From positions 310,001 through 374,000 of the forward strand of contig JAUPSS010000003.1 in NCBI GenBank assembly GCA_040285825.1: a stretch of DNA of 64,000 nucleotides. Direction: 5' to 3'. The notes beneath the pieces were generated by a model. The model had not been told where the DNA came from. It ran no database searches and worked only from the letters and a program-made list of their open reading frames with translations. The stretch is from Eukaryota sp. TZLM1-RC (lineage: Eukaryota > Protista > Metamonada: BaSk clade). This document shows positions 22,400 to 35,160 of this stretch, piece by piece. The translations under genes and the position numbers were made by a program. Position 1 is the first letter of the stretch. Each line of letters starts with the position of its first letter.

Positions 22400-24910
22400 G
22401 GAAGTTACGTTTTTGCATGAAAAAGCTTCAGCACCATCTGGTTAAATTATATGAAGGCTTGGATTATGAAGTAAGACTTGGCTTGGCCAAAACTAAAAAT
22501 CCCGCTTTCGGTAATTTTTTAAAGGATATTCGTGATAGCTCTGCTGCTACTTTAGTAACTCAAATTCACTCTGTTTATGGACTTTTGTTAAAAACCAATG
22601 AATGGCTTTTAAACATGCGTTTTCGTTGTTTTCTGTGGCCAAACAATTTGCCCAATCATTTAACTTGTAAATGTAAACCTCTTTTGTACTCATCTTTTGA
22701 ACTGTAAACATTTCATTACATTTAGAAGCAAAGTGCATAATAGCGTCAGGGACCAAATTTATGTAATGTGCAAATCATATCCAGTAGATTCCTTTTTAGA
22801 ACCGCTGTTATCAAAATTAATTCTTGATGATCCCAATATTGATAGTACGCGTTACAACAGAGCTTCTATGGGTCTGACAAGAGGTGATCTAGTTGTTCCC
22901 GGTTTAAATGGTAGTTTTGCTATTTTAGACGCCATGTCTATTGACAATTCCTCTAATGAACATCTCATTAACTCGGATGTAAATAATCCTCTTCTTGCAG
23001 GTGAAAAATATAAAAATTGCTAAATATGTTGGCGCCCCAAGGCTTATATGTTATGAATAGAAAATAAATCTACTTTTCCTCATTCTCTTGATCTCAACCA
23101 CTTTTGCAACCTACGGCATCAATAATTATTGGCCATCTTAGGTTATAGGTATACCACTTTGTTATAACACAGCTTTTCTACAGAGGATATCTTCAGCAGA
23201 TATCATGTCAGTTCTTTTCAGCCAAAACACTGACACCGTTAAAACTAACATGCAGGAACATAACAGGTATACAATAAGCATACAAACAGTAGTAGTAGGA
23301 GAAGTAGTAGAGACTAGTAAAGTCGAGGACTCGGGCTCGAGACCACCCTCCGCCCCTCCTCAAAGAAAAACGATGGAAACAGGCACGGAACAACGTCCCG
23401 TTTCTTCCAAGTCCAAAATAATGGAACCAGGCTCGGAAGCACCTCCCACCTCTTCCAAATCCAATCTAATGCCACAAAAGGTTTCAGAAACGGGACAACA
23501 CCCCTCCTCACCAAAAATGCAAATGGTGGTTCAAGTCCTGAAACTTCGACAGTCCTTCAAGAATATGAAGAACTTCAGTCCGTTTTAGACGAACTGGATG
23601 ACGAAGAGAAAGAACTTCGCCAACAAATCATGAAGAATGCGGAGGCTCACCTCGAACCTACAGATTACTGTTTGTTTGAGCAGCTCCCTCCTTTATGGAA
23701 GCAAATTCCAAAGACAGGAAGATGGCTCCAGTGATGGATTCTACAAACTCCTACCAAGGACACGGAGCCTTACCTAGAATCAATGGATTTTTATCCATTC
23801 GAGCAGCTCCCTTCCTTACGGAGCCAAACACGAGAAAAGTCGACCAAATACGAGGTTACGAGTAGAAACTCCACCTCCACTATTATTGTACTACAATGCA
23901 AAGATACGGTCCTTGTTCCACTGATATTTTTAGTCGTAAAGCCCGTACTTTAACAACAAAAGACGCCACCTTCAGGTCTCTGATGTTTGTTACTTTGTTT
24001 ACTGTTGTTGTTAATCCAACATAAACCCTGCATAATCATCAACGAATCCATTCTTCGATTCCATGATACCTTTACTAAACGACACTACCACGTTTCTCGT
24101 TTACGAAAAAGGGAAGAAGCAGAGCATCTTCATGTAGCGACTAAAACATACACAACAAAGTATTCAAGCACACAGATCTTGGTACGAGGCCCTTTTCAGT
24201 TATTGCTTACTGCCTTATACTAACATTGTTCTGGGAGAGCCATAGTACATCAATTGTCGATCTTAAAAATGTGAAACCCAGTGTTTGTGTGAATCCCAAT
24301 CACTACACAGATAATTGTAAACAATAGCAAACATTAGAATTTAATATTTAGTTCTTAGTAATTATAGTTATTTAGTTAATTGTTATAGTTTTGTTTCATA
24401 TTCATATAAGCTGATTTATTTTGAAAAAGGGAAGAAGCAGTGTTGGCGCCCTAAGGCTTATATGTTATGCATAGAAAATAAATCAACTTTTCCTCATTCT
24501 CTTTATCTCAACCACTTTTGCAACCTACGGCATCAAATATGCGAAACCCATTTCCTCGATTAATCAAAATTCTCATGCCCAATATAATTTATGTCCCTTT
24601 GTTTTTTCTTTGCATGGATCTTTGGGTAAGGCTGCTATGGCTTTCCTTGAAATTTTTGTTGTAGTTGTAAAGGAAAGAACTGGAAGAATTTTCAATCGTG
24701 TTGACTGGCAAAACAGGATTGTATTTTCTATTTTTAAGGGAATGGTAAAACTGATTTCTGATTCACTGTCTTCTTTTGGGAAATTTTCTGAATCTTTGGC
24801 AATTAATTGTTTTGATGTAGGGGAGGCAGCTTTTGAGGATGTGAAGTTTTAATTGTGTATTTTATGTTTTCATATTTGTTGTTGAATAAAATAAAAATTG
24901 ATAAAAAAAT
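22400..24910 (+). mobile_element. CRE-like retrotransposon 3' fragment split by a TRIM-like insertion
   Basis: 22417-23023 and 24540-24852 rejoin across the AATA TSD (AKYAKPISSINQNSHAQYNLCPFVFSLHG); related to 15696-16535. Confidence 0.85.
23027..24535 (+). mobile_element. Non-autonomous LTR element (TRIM-like), 1509 bp
   Basis: 95-bp TG...CA LTRs at 23027-23121 and 24441-24535; TSD AATA; PPT GAAAAAGGGAAGAAGCAG at 24423-24440; no pol. Confidence 0.9.
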
Positions 24911-25479
24911 TATGGAAGTTCAATAAATATAAGTATTTCATTCTGATTATGAGTTTCTTCACCTTTTCCTTTTGCTGATCTTTAATAGGTCTTAAAATCA
25001 ATTTTCTTTTGTGGAACTGAAAAACAAAGCCTTCTTTTAAAGTAATGCAATCAAAAAAATAGCCAATGTCATTTTTGGTCTTGGTACTAAGTTACATTTT
25101 GAGCACCATTTTATAAGATGCAAGATTTCGTTCAATGATATAGGTAGTTTCATTCCCACTCTCTAGATTAACTCTCTCAAGTAATTCAGTTTTAGGAATT
25201 TCAGTGGTTTTATGAAGCGATTCAACTTGAAACCATGTACAAAATTATTGTATCAATAATGAAGAAAACAACAGCAATCTGTAAGCAAAATATGTTTCCT
25301 TAAGTCGTAAACGTAAGATAAAGTTGATTGATTTTTCTCTTATTCTATTTAAAACCAAAGCCGCCATCATACAAACCATATGGTGGTCAGTATTCAAGAA
25401 AATATTCATCTAAAAGGTAACTTAAGCAACAATCGATCAAAGTTGATGGAATGTCCTGGTATGACAGCCCCTATGACAT

Positions 25480-25960
25480 ACTATTAAACAAATTAGAGTG
25501 TATAACAGTTGAAACAAATTTCAAAGAAAACTCTACATCAAAATGATTTTCCATCTTTCTGCAAGGCAAAAAACAATTTGTGTCTTTATGTTGGAGCTTT
25601 TAACTGAACATAAATAAGAGTCATGAAACTATGAACATTCATGGACACAGAGAGGGTTGAAGCAAAATGGATGAATGAATTTCAATTTAAATTTGGAGAT
25701 CCAAAAAATAAAATTGTAGTGATTGATGATTGGAAACAAACAAATTTTAGACTTCAAGCATCTGTACAGAATGTTGGTTATAGAGAGTTGTCTAAAATAT
25801 GTAACTTCCGTCTATTGCTCTTGGATGAATATAGAACTAGTTGTCGATGTCATGCATCTGTACTTAAGAGGAAAGAATGCCAAAATGAAAAGAAACATCG
25901 AGTACCTAATCCAAGACCTTATAGGAGATCAAAGATTGCAACAGTCTCAGACAAGGAATA
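25480..25960 (+). pseudogene. Fanzor C-terminal remnant
   Basis: EAKWMNEFQFKFGDP..VVIDDW..LLDEYRTSCRC..PNPRPY, homologous to 13620-13900; RuvC-III missing; boundaries approximate. Confidence 0.8.
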
Positions 25961-26557
25961 CTCACTTACTAGAAGTCGATGTTTATGGAATTTTATTGTC
26001 AAGCATAAAGCTCCAATAATAGTAATAATTTTATCAATGAATTAATTAATTTCGAATCTGAGAAGGAATATAGATTTGGTTTAAATAGTTTTTGCACGTT
26101 GATGACTTTCAATCATCAACAAAAATTACTTTTGATGTTACCAAAGTTGGAGGTTACGGTAATAATTGGAGTGATGCGTTTTGGAAAGCTTAATCAGATA
26201 AGATTTAAAAATATTCGATTTGAAAGAATTAAATTTAATTGAACAAATTGTACCTTTGGCTTTTAGTGTTCATGAGGTTTTTTAAAGTAAAATTAAACTA
26301 ATTTTTGACCAATTTGGTTGGAATGAGGTGGCAGATGAAATAAGTCGCTTCATTTTGAAGAATAGCTTTAAATGCCACAGTGCTTTTAATTATATTCTTC
26401 AAAAGACAAGAGAAGAACGTCAGTGTTGGTAGATAGTGTTATTTTAGTTTTCGAATGGTTTCCCATCAATCTTTAAAAGCAAAAAGTTCATGATTCATTT
26501 CATCCTTCAGAATTCTCACCAGGTCACAACTATTTGACCTTTCTGTTCCATTAACTG

Positions 26558-26954
26558 ATGTCCCAATCTAGTCAAGTGCCAGACGAATTCGTTGCTGAAG
26601 TTCAAAAATTACAGTCCACACTTGTTTCAAAGCTCAATACTCTTCAACAGACACAAGCTCGTCTTTTCGAGCGTGATCGCGATCGCAAACGATCAGACCT
26701 TACATTGCATGAATTGTCTTCGATCCCTGAATCTACCCGAATATTCAAGGCTATGGGGAAGTCTTTTGTACTAAAACCATCTGATCGCATCAAGCAAGAG
26801 TTACAAGATCTTTCAAAGAAGTGTCTGGACGAAACTGTCACTCTCAAGGTTTGCATCATATCCTTTCTCACCATAGTCTCTGCAGCAACGGCTCCAGAAC
26901 GAAACGACGAAAATTGAGTCTGAACTTAAGGAACTCATTCAGTCCCGCCAGTAA
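26558..26954 (+). CDS. PFDN1: Prefoldin subunit 1 (beta-type), one 28-nt intron at 26849-26876
   Basis: Coiled coil with TRIFKAMGKSFVL beta-hairpin; GT..AG intron restores the C-terminal helix ending at TAA 26954. Confidence 0.85.
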
Positions 26955-27412
26955 GTGTGTATTTGGCGTCATTTGCTGCAATAAATTAGTTAATTCTTTT
27001 GTCTTGATACTGACCTTCTATTTTCTCGATTCCAATTTGCTCTTCAAAAGACATTAATTTAGGATTTTTCAAACAATTGCTTGTTGTGTTTGGTGTTATG
27101 GTTCGCCTAGTACTGTCGGAAGCCCTGAAGACTCAAAGGTTGACGCAATCCATTGTGTAAATAATAAACAATTCATTTATTCTTTAAAGCTGACTGTAAT
27201 TTGCTTCTGATTTACAGCAATCAATGTCCCAAAATCCTAGCAAACATTCTCAGTGTGTTGAAAAACTATTTGTATTTAGATGCAGACTTGAATTTGATCA
27301 AACAGCTGTTCAAGTAAAAAATTACAATAGAAAAAGAAAGATTTGTGCACATTGACTAGAATAAAAACCTCACATCACCTTAAAACTAAATAAATAAGTT
27401 TATTATTTGAAA

Positions 27413-28771
27413 TCAACCTCTTTCCCATGGTCCAGGCTTAGCGTACAGCTCCTCCATTCCATTAATAAAAGCAGCTGAAGCCTCTTCACTTTGCACTTTC
27501 TGATCATTGTTTGCACACCAGAACATTGGCTTCAGTCGTGCAATTCGCTTTACCATTAGAGTGTTTTCCTGGGGTTTATTCTTCAAATATTCAAACCGAA
27601 ACTCAGAGGGAGAACATCTGTGATACTTTGCCGGGGTTTTGAAAGTTCCAGGAGATCTGTAGGTCTGCTGCACCCATGAATGAACCACCATGTTCACAAA
27701 GTAAGCCAATCCTTTAGGCTGACGAAACTTGGTCCTACTTGATGTTTGATAAACCTCTGGAAACGTAGAAACCGTCCAGTTGAACGCTTCTCGGTTTAAA
27801 AGTTTAGGAGCATGCATGACTGCCCTGTATGTCCCCGCCACAGTGTCCGTGCCAACACCAAATTCTTCCTTCAAGTACTGAGAAGCGAGATAAATATATT
27901 GATGGTAATACCTTGAGTTGGGCTTTGGAAACCAATATCTTTCGATGTGAACAAGTGCGTTATCGTTATTAAAAAAATAGTTTCTTGGTACGTCTCTAGC
28001 CATGAAAAAATCATCATTTAAATAGATAAAGTTATTAGTTAGACCTTCAATTCTCCACAAATTTGCTTCAATTGTAAGAGAGCTAAAGGTAGGCAAATGT
28101 GATCGATCAGGAAAGATTTCAGGATGATATACAAACGTCACATAAGGATTATTAGGGTCAATCCAGGTAGGAATTTGGGAGGGAGAACTTACAATAATGT
28201 AAATATGGTGAATAAACTTGATAAATTTATACAAAGATCTCATAGAATACTTCAATTCGTTAGTTGTTCTCCACTGTTGTGGTTGAACAAAGTCTTCGGG
28301 TGATTTTTTTTGTTCGTTAAAGGCTCTCTGCCATAGCTTGTCACTTGAGTCAACGTATGTGTAAACCGCATCAACAGCATGAGGATCAGTACTCAATGCC
28401 TTCTTTCCAGGCCGGAGCTTACCATAGTTCATTGAACTTGGGGATATGAAAGGTTTGAGAGGGTTTTTAGGAGGGTTAACTGACTCAAAATACATTTCAT
28501 AAAGCTTTGAATCATCAATAGATGTGTGGGATGTGGAAGGAGAATCATCAGGCACTTTAACCGGATCTTCAGAATTATAAGGAGGATTAGATTCCAAGAG
28601 GTCGTCTAGGGTACGTGTCGAAGCAACTTTAGGATTGTGTGAAGGTAAGTTCTGTGGAGCTGTAGTCAATTTTATAAAGGCAACAACAAATAGACCAATG
28701 ACTAATGAAAAGAGTAAAAGTTTGAGGTGTGACTGACGCTTACGGTACAACGTGCGTCGTATAAAGGGCAT
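27413..28771 (-). CDS. Stealth-family hexose-1-phosphoryl transferase (type II membrane)
   Basis: CR1 VDAVYTYVD, CR2 ELKYSMRSL..LPTFSSLTIE..FIYLNDDFF, CR3 HAP, CR4 FWCANND; N-terminal TM segment. Confidence 0.9.
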   Translation of the reverse strand: MPFIRRTLYRKRQSHLKLLLFSLVIGLFVVAFIKLTTAPQNLPSHNPKVASTRTLDDLLESNPPYNSEDPVKVPDDSPSTSHTSIDDSKLYEMYFESVNPPKNPLKPFISPSSMNYGKLRPGKKALSTDPHAVDAVYTYVDSSDKLWQRAFNEQKKSPEDFVQPQQWRTTNELKYSMRSLYKFIKFIHHIYIIVSSPSQIPTWIDPNNPYVTFVYHPEIFPDRSHLPTFSSLTIEANLWRIEGLTNNFIYLNDDFFMARDVPRNYFFNNDNALVHIERYWFPKPNSRYYHQYIYLASQYLKEEFGVGTDTVAGTYRAVMHAPKLLNREAFNWTVSTFPEVYQTSSRTKFRQPKGLAYFVNMVVHSWVQQTYRSPGTFKTPAKYHRCSPSEFRFEYLKNKPQENTLMVKRIARLKPMFWCANNDQKVQSEEASAAFINGMEELYAKPGPWERG

Positions 28772-28793
28772 TTAAGGATGTTTAAAGTTTAAG

Positions 28794-31218
28794 TTACTTC
28801 AAAACTATAGATTGTTTCTCAACTTTCGCATTCACTACACATGATAATGTATTGAGGTTTGGTTGTTGAATCGGACTCATTGGTGTACCATCACCTTCAG
28901 AATTCTTATCAACATCTCTCTGGTTTTCATCAGTTGGTTCAATAACATTGGTTTGAGACTGTTGTCTCTTGAACAGCCCTGATCTCTCTCTTCCAGCCAA
29001 AATGTCTTCAGCCTACAAATGAATATTTAGTGCAGAATTACCATCTTGATTCCAGAACGTTTTGTATTGATTACATTGCCTTCGACCCCATGGAACTACT
29101 TGTCGAGCCTTATAGTTGCCCAGTTCATCCTTTTCCAAAAGCTTTGAAATACGTTTTCTTATTCTCTTGTCGGTGGTATTTTTCAATTCTTCGACTAATT
29201 CTCTAATTACTAGACTTCTTTGTTCACTCTTAGTCACATCTGCCTTACTCATAACCAACTTTCAGGGACTGTTTCTACCCTTATCATTGCTTCTTCCAAC
29301 TTTTCTTTTACTTTTACTTTCTTTTTTACCTTTTTTTGCGTTATTTGAATCTGTCTTTAAATTCCATTTTTTCTTTCTAACATGAATATCCCGTCTAATT
29401 GAGTTAAGTTTTTTCGTAAAGTTGGGATCATCGTATTTGTAGGAAGTTTCCATGTTTTCTCCAATTGTACCCTTTCGAGCACAATTATGGCATCTTTTTG
29501 AAGTAAATGCCTCATTGACTAAATATACAAGGTATGCGGCTTGTCTCAATACTTTTCTTATACTTGTACCTTTAAATGGATACTTTCCGTTCCTTTTAAA
29601 TCCAGACTCTTTACTCCAATCACCAATGACTATCATACAATCACCAGGTTTGCCAAACTTTTGTTTAATTTTACGAATCAGCTTCATGTCACCTGTTTGT
29701 TTTCCCTTGTGTTGGGAGCACCTTTCTTTTCGATATTGTATTTGGTGAAATAGATTCCAAGTGTTTATTCTAAGTATTTCTTTTGCATTAATGTACTCAC
29801 AAAATTCATCTAAATTGGTTGATTTTGATTGTTTTCTCATTTGAGAATGAGAAAATTTTTCAAAATTTCAGAAAACTTTGTTACTTTCTCCATCACTGTT
29901 GAAGAAGTATTCATTTTGCCGGTTCTTTGAATCTTTCCGCTGTTTGAGAAAACCAAGTGAAAAATTTCGTTCACCTTAAGTAAAAGATAAGGAGTCAATA
30001 TTACGAATATCTTCTTTTTTGCGCTTTTTTTGGTTTGTTTCGTCATCCAGCTCTACTTCATCTTTTACAATTGAAATTTGGTTACAGCAATTACTATAGT
30101 TTAATTTCTTGGAAACAGCATGAATCAAATCATATTCATTTGGATCTGCAGCGACCAATTTTCTAAAATTTAAGGATGCTAATTTTTCCATTGATAGGTT
30201 TCTCAAGTAAACGTCTCTAGTTTTTTGTTTTTTTGTTGTAATTTTTTCCCAAACAAATCTCTTCTTTGAAATTGAATTGAAACAGAATGTCCATTTGTTA
30301 CAATCATATTATAAAAAACATATGGAGCGTCTTCGGGATAGTTGAGTTTATCTTCCTCAATATTTTTTCGAGAAAACTTCTTACACGTTTTTGTAAAAAC
30401 TTTGTTTTGTGATTTAATGGTACTTTCAGAGCATTTGTTGATCTTTTTCGGAGAAGGAACCTCAAACTCCCGATTTGAAATCATTAAGGCTGAATCCCAT
30501 AGTAATTGAGTAATTTCACTTGTTTTCGACAGTTTGTCTGCTAGTTTTTCCACTTTAATATGGTTACTGGGCACACATTCCAATTGAGTTAACATTTCCA
30601 AACATGATTTGATATCCAAGCGAATAGATCTGGGCATACAGGAATCAGCTTTGAGCAGCACTTCATAGGTTTATAATGGAGATTTAAGTGATTCCCGCTA
30701 GAATTCAAGGAAATATTTCCCACCAAGTGACTCAAAAAAATGGAATGACTTAGAAAGGTCATTGGTGATTGATGTAGTTTTTCAAAGACACTTTTGTTCC
30801 CAAAAATTTGCATAAAATTTTGGTATAATAAATAATGAATAAATTAGGTGATGAAGAGATTGCTTCAGCCACCCAGGATTCTTGCATCAATTGTTGCAAT
30901 GATAATTCCACACTGAAACCATCATTTTTTGACAATTCATCCTGCAAATTGAGAATAGCTGTCCGAGTCTTGTTAATGTTATCCAGTAATAATTTCTTTT
31001 TTCGGGTTTTAATTTTAATTTAGCAAGTCTTGATTTCTTTGAATGAATAATTTAAAAGTGTGTAGTAAGTGGTCTACAAAATGTTTTTTCAAGTTAACAC
31101 TGTAATTTGTTATCACTTCAGATGCCAGGTACTTACAGGGTTGACACATATATTTGTAATTCGGAATTGCAAAGCCTGTAGCTTCACAAACATCTGCTGA
31201 ATCATTTGGATTAGACAA
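28794..31218 (-). pseudogene. Fanzor, fragmented; N-terminus abuts a CRE cluster
   Basis: IVTNGHSVSIQF, LVAADPNEYDLI (RuvC-I), IVIGDW, LVNEAFTSKRCHNC, CNQYKTFWNQDGNSALNI (RuvC-III). Confidence 0.88.
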
Positions 31219-31249
31219 TTATTGTGGATTAATCAACATATGTTTGATT

Positions 31250-32600
31250 CAGGTAAATTTATCCTGCGTTCAACCACACCATCAATTTTTCTTGAATTTT
31301 GCAGAATTTTTAACGAATTAAGAACCAAATTTTTGGCTAATTTGCTCGAAATTGATTCTTCTTTTTTACGTAGTCTTATTTTTTGTAGCACAGAATTGCG
31401 AGGCCCAGATTTTCACAAATCTCGATATTTGTGTAAAGCTGCTTTTATTGGTGGAGGCAAAAATTTCATTTTTGAATTTTTGAATCGCTTTTCTGAAAAC
31501 CAACATATAATTGAATGTTGTGTTAGTCATTATTTGGTGTCTTTGCACAATGAAATAGGCTGCCTCTCCCCTCAAATATGGTCCAAATGCTTTCCTACCG
31601 ATATTCTAGAAATTCAACCCAGAAGTTTGATTTCTTTAATGTTTGCATACGCCAAATTGCAGAAAAAAATACTAAAAGTTTTTGGAAATTTGTATTTTAC
31701 TGTACGTCCTAACTTGGCTAAGAAAACGAATCCCGTTTTTGCTAACATTTTAATTGATCTTAAGGAAAGTAGCTCAAGTTGTCTCATTTCCCATATTCCA
31801 AATGTCTATGGTTTATTGTTGAATGATCATCAATGGACAACTGCCCTAAGGATGAGGTGTTTTCGGTGGCCGTGCAGTGTGCGAAATGATTTGATTTGTC
31901 GTTGTGGTCAGCTCATCAATTTGAATCATTTATTCGATTGTAAAATTAATATTACATATCGCTCAGTTGTTCACGATGCTGTTAGAGACCAAATATACGC
32001 TATGTGCAAAAGTCATCACATTAAAGCTTTTGTTGAACCTCTTGTGCGTAAGTTGTCACCTGAAAATGAAGATGAAAATACTTTTGGGAAACGCCATGCT
32101 GATTGAATTACACCAGAATCTGATGGTGTGATCAAAGTTGTTGATGTTGTCACTGTTGTTGCTTGTAAGGATTCAGCAATTGATTTTGCCAATAAAGATG
32201 AAACTCCGCTCTGCTTTGCTGAAAAGAGCAAAATCAAAAAGTACAATGAGCCCTTATCTCAGCTAGGACGTGTTAAGCATGTCAAGTATCAGCTGGTTCC
32301 ATTAACTGTTTCTCTTTTTGGTAACATTGGAATATCTAAAATTAAATTTCTCAAAGGTTTCAGAAGTTTAATAAAAGAAAGAGCGGGAAAAAAATTGAAC
32401 ATTTATTTCTGGCACAACAGAATTGTTTTCAGTATACTTAACGCAAATCCCGAAATGATAACCAAAGCACTGCTACAATTAGGAATGAAGTATGAGAATC
32501 GCTCATTCAAGAGGTTTGATGATGTTGATGCGTGTATTGAGGATATTGAGTTCTAATTTTTCTGTTTAGTTGTCCTGTTTGCGTTTCAAAATAATAGAAA
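31250..32600 (+). mobile_element. CRE-like retrotransposon 3' fragment
   Basis: ORFs 31222-32106 and 32128-32556 with CRC..H..C, RSVVHDAVRD, KIKKY; boundaries approximate. Confidence 0.85.
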
Positions 32601-34047
32601 CTCTGTTTGTTGACTCAATTTGGAAATGAATTAGAATCAATAGAAAATTTAAATATTGAGAAACATTTGAAAATCTTTTTCCTAAAAATTTGTTATTCTG
32701 GAGAATTTACTCATATTTTGAGATCAACATCACCATCAATTTCTTTGGAGTTTTGTCGAATTTTTAATGAACAAAGAACCAATTTTTTAGCAAAATTGTT
32801 GGAAATTGATGCATCTCAGTTACGAAGCCACATTTTTTGTAGTACAAATTTTAGTGGTGTTGATTTTCATAAATCAAGCTACCTTTGTAAAGCTGCCTTT
32901 ATTGTAGGTGGTAAAAATTCTATTTATGAATTTGTGAATCGTTTTCCTGAAAAAATTCATCTCATTGAAAATTGTGGCAGCTCTTATCTTATTTCTTTGC
33001 AACAGGAAATTGAAACTCTTTCACCCAATATTTGGTCTAAATGTTTCCCCCTCTGATATTGTGGAACTTCCTCCAAGAAGCTTGCTCTCCACTGACTTTT
33101 GCAAAATTGCAGAAAAAAATCTTGAAAGTTTTAGAAAACTTGGATTATATTGTACGTCTTAGCTTTGCTAAAGAAAAAATCCCGTTTTTGCAAACTTGTT
33201 GATTGATCTTGAAGACAGTTGCTCAAGTTGCCTAATCTCCCAAATTCCCAACATTTATGGCCTTCTACTTAATGATCACCAATGGACCACTGCAACGAGA
33301 ATAAGATGTTTTCTATGGCCTTGTTCATTACCAAATGATTTAATTTGTCGCTGCAAGAGTGTTGTTACGCTTTGCCATATTTTAAACTGTCAGTATTTTA
33401 TAACTTGTCGCTCAATTGTTCATGACTCAGTTCGTGATCAATTATATGCCATGTGCAAAAAATTCAATATAGAGGCATTTATTGAGCCATTAGTACGTAA
33501 GCTGTCTTCATATCAAACTGATGATTACTTTGGTAAAAGAAGGGCAGATTTAGTAGCTCCAGGGATCGATGGTGTTCTCAATGTTGTAGATGTTGTCTCA
33601 GTTGATATTTGCAAAAATTCTGCTGCTCGTGTAGTGTATTCCGCTGATTCGCATTTATCTAAAGCTGAAAAAAGAAGATAAAAAAATATGAAGAACCTTC
33701 GGCACAGTTAGGTAGAGTGGAACATGTGAAATATCAGTTTGTGCCGTTTGCAATTTCTCTTTTTGGCAATATTGGACCTTCAGGGTTGCACTTTTTTGAA
33801 AATTTAAAAAAAGTGTTACTGAATAAATCTGGTAAAAAAAGGAACTCCACTTTCTGGTTAAATAGAATTGTTTTTTGCATTTTCAAGTCTATTCCAACAA
33901 TGATTTCAAAGGCACTTTTAGCTATCGGTGTAGAATATGAACGTAATGCTGTGAGTAGGTTCAGGAATAGTGACGCTTGTTTGGAGGATATTGAATTCTA
34001 GATGGTTATTTTTATCTCAATAGATATTCCAGTTTTTTTTTAAAAAA
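32601..34047 (+). mobile_element. CRE-like retrotransposon 3' fragment, in tandem with the previous copy
   Basis: Near-identical (inverted) to ~19020-20460; T/A tail at 34033-34047. Confidence 0.88.
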
Positions 34048-34511
34048 ATTTCCAGAATTTAAATAATGAATTGGAGGAGATTCCTGGATCGAGAAGTTGC
34101 CAATAAAGGGTACGAACAGTATGTTCAATAATCTTCTACTTACCTGGAAACCTTGATGCTTTTGATAAATTACATTTAATGACTGTGATTGCGGGCTTCT
34201 TCAATAGTTCCTGAATTGTATCCAAGTTCAACTAATTGAAAATTTTAATCAATAGCTTGCAATCATTTACATAATAATCAGCCAGTTTTTGGAATTTGAT
34301 TGAATCATACATAGCATACTCAATAAAATTGAACAGTAAAAATAAACTCAACTTCTTAACATGAACAATATTGTATTTTGGTTAACGTTTTCTGTGAATT
34401 ATGTAAAATTTCTGTTTTAAATATTTCATAAGAAAAATTTTCCACTAGCTTGTGTTTAGTGTTTAAAATTTCTAAAACTTTTTCGCAAAAAATATTTAGA
34501 TTGTTCCCCAA

Positions 34512-35160
34512 GCTCTGAATTGTTCTAAATTGCTAACTTATCGTTCTTCACTACATGATGCTGTTAGAGACACTGTTTTCAATATGGCACAAACTGCAAG
34601 AATATCGTGTATCAAAGAGCCCCTGCTGAAGGAAACACTTTCTCTGAATAATTTTGGTTCTGATGATAGAGGTGATGTATACTGTGATTGGATTAATAAC
34701 TCTGAAGCTGTTGTTGACTTTGTCTCATGTAATGTTGCAAACGATACTTTGGTTCACAGAAGAAAACTTAATCCTGTGGCTGCTCTGGATTTTAAAGCAA
34801 AAGAAAAACATAGAAAATATGATAAAGAAATTGAAGATGCAAATATCGATAGAAATACACAGCTGGTTTTTATTGCTTTCCCATTTTCGATAAATGGAAG
34901 ATTATCAGAAGAAGCAGAAACTTTTTTGAATGACTTCCAAAAAATGGTGCAAGAAAAAACAATGAAAAGATTTGATATTTTTTATGGCGTTCACGGATTC
35001 AATTTGCCATTATTAATAGATTACCACGGTTTTTCAATCGAATAAGAGAAACTTTGGCTAGACAGCAAGCAGATCAAGATTTTGTATAGGAAATCTTGGT
35101 TAAATGATTGTCGTCCCATTAGTTATGAGTTAATTTTATTAAGTGTGCAAATTCAATAAA
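34512..35160 (+). mobile_element. CRE-like RLE fragment (second family)
   Basis: Copy of ~21765-22390; RSSLHDAVRD, RGDVY, KHRKY. Confidence 0.82.

Noticed and set aside
26050-26430. Additional RLE tail remnant (VPLAFSVH)
   Set aside because: Too degenerate to delimit with confidence.
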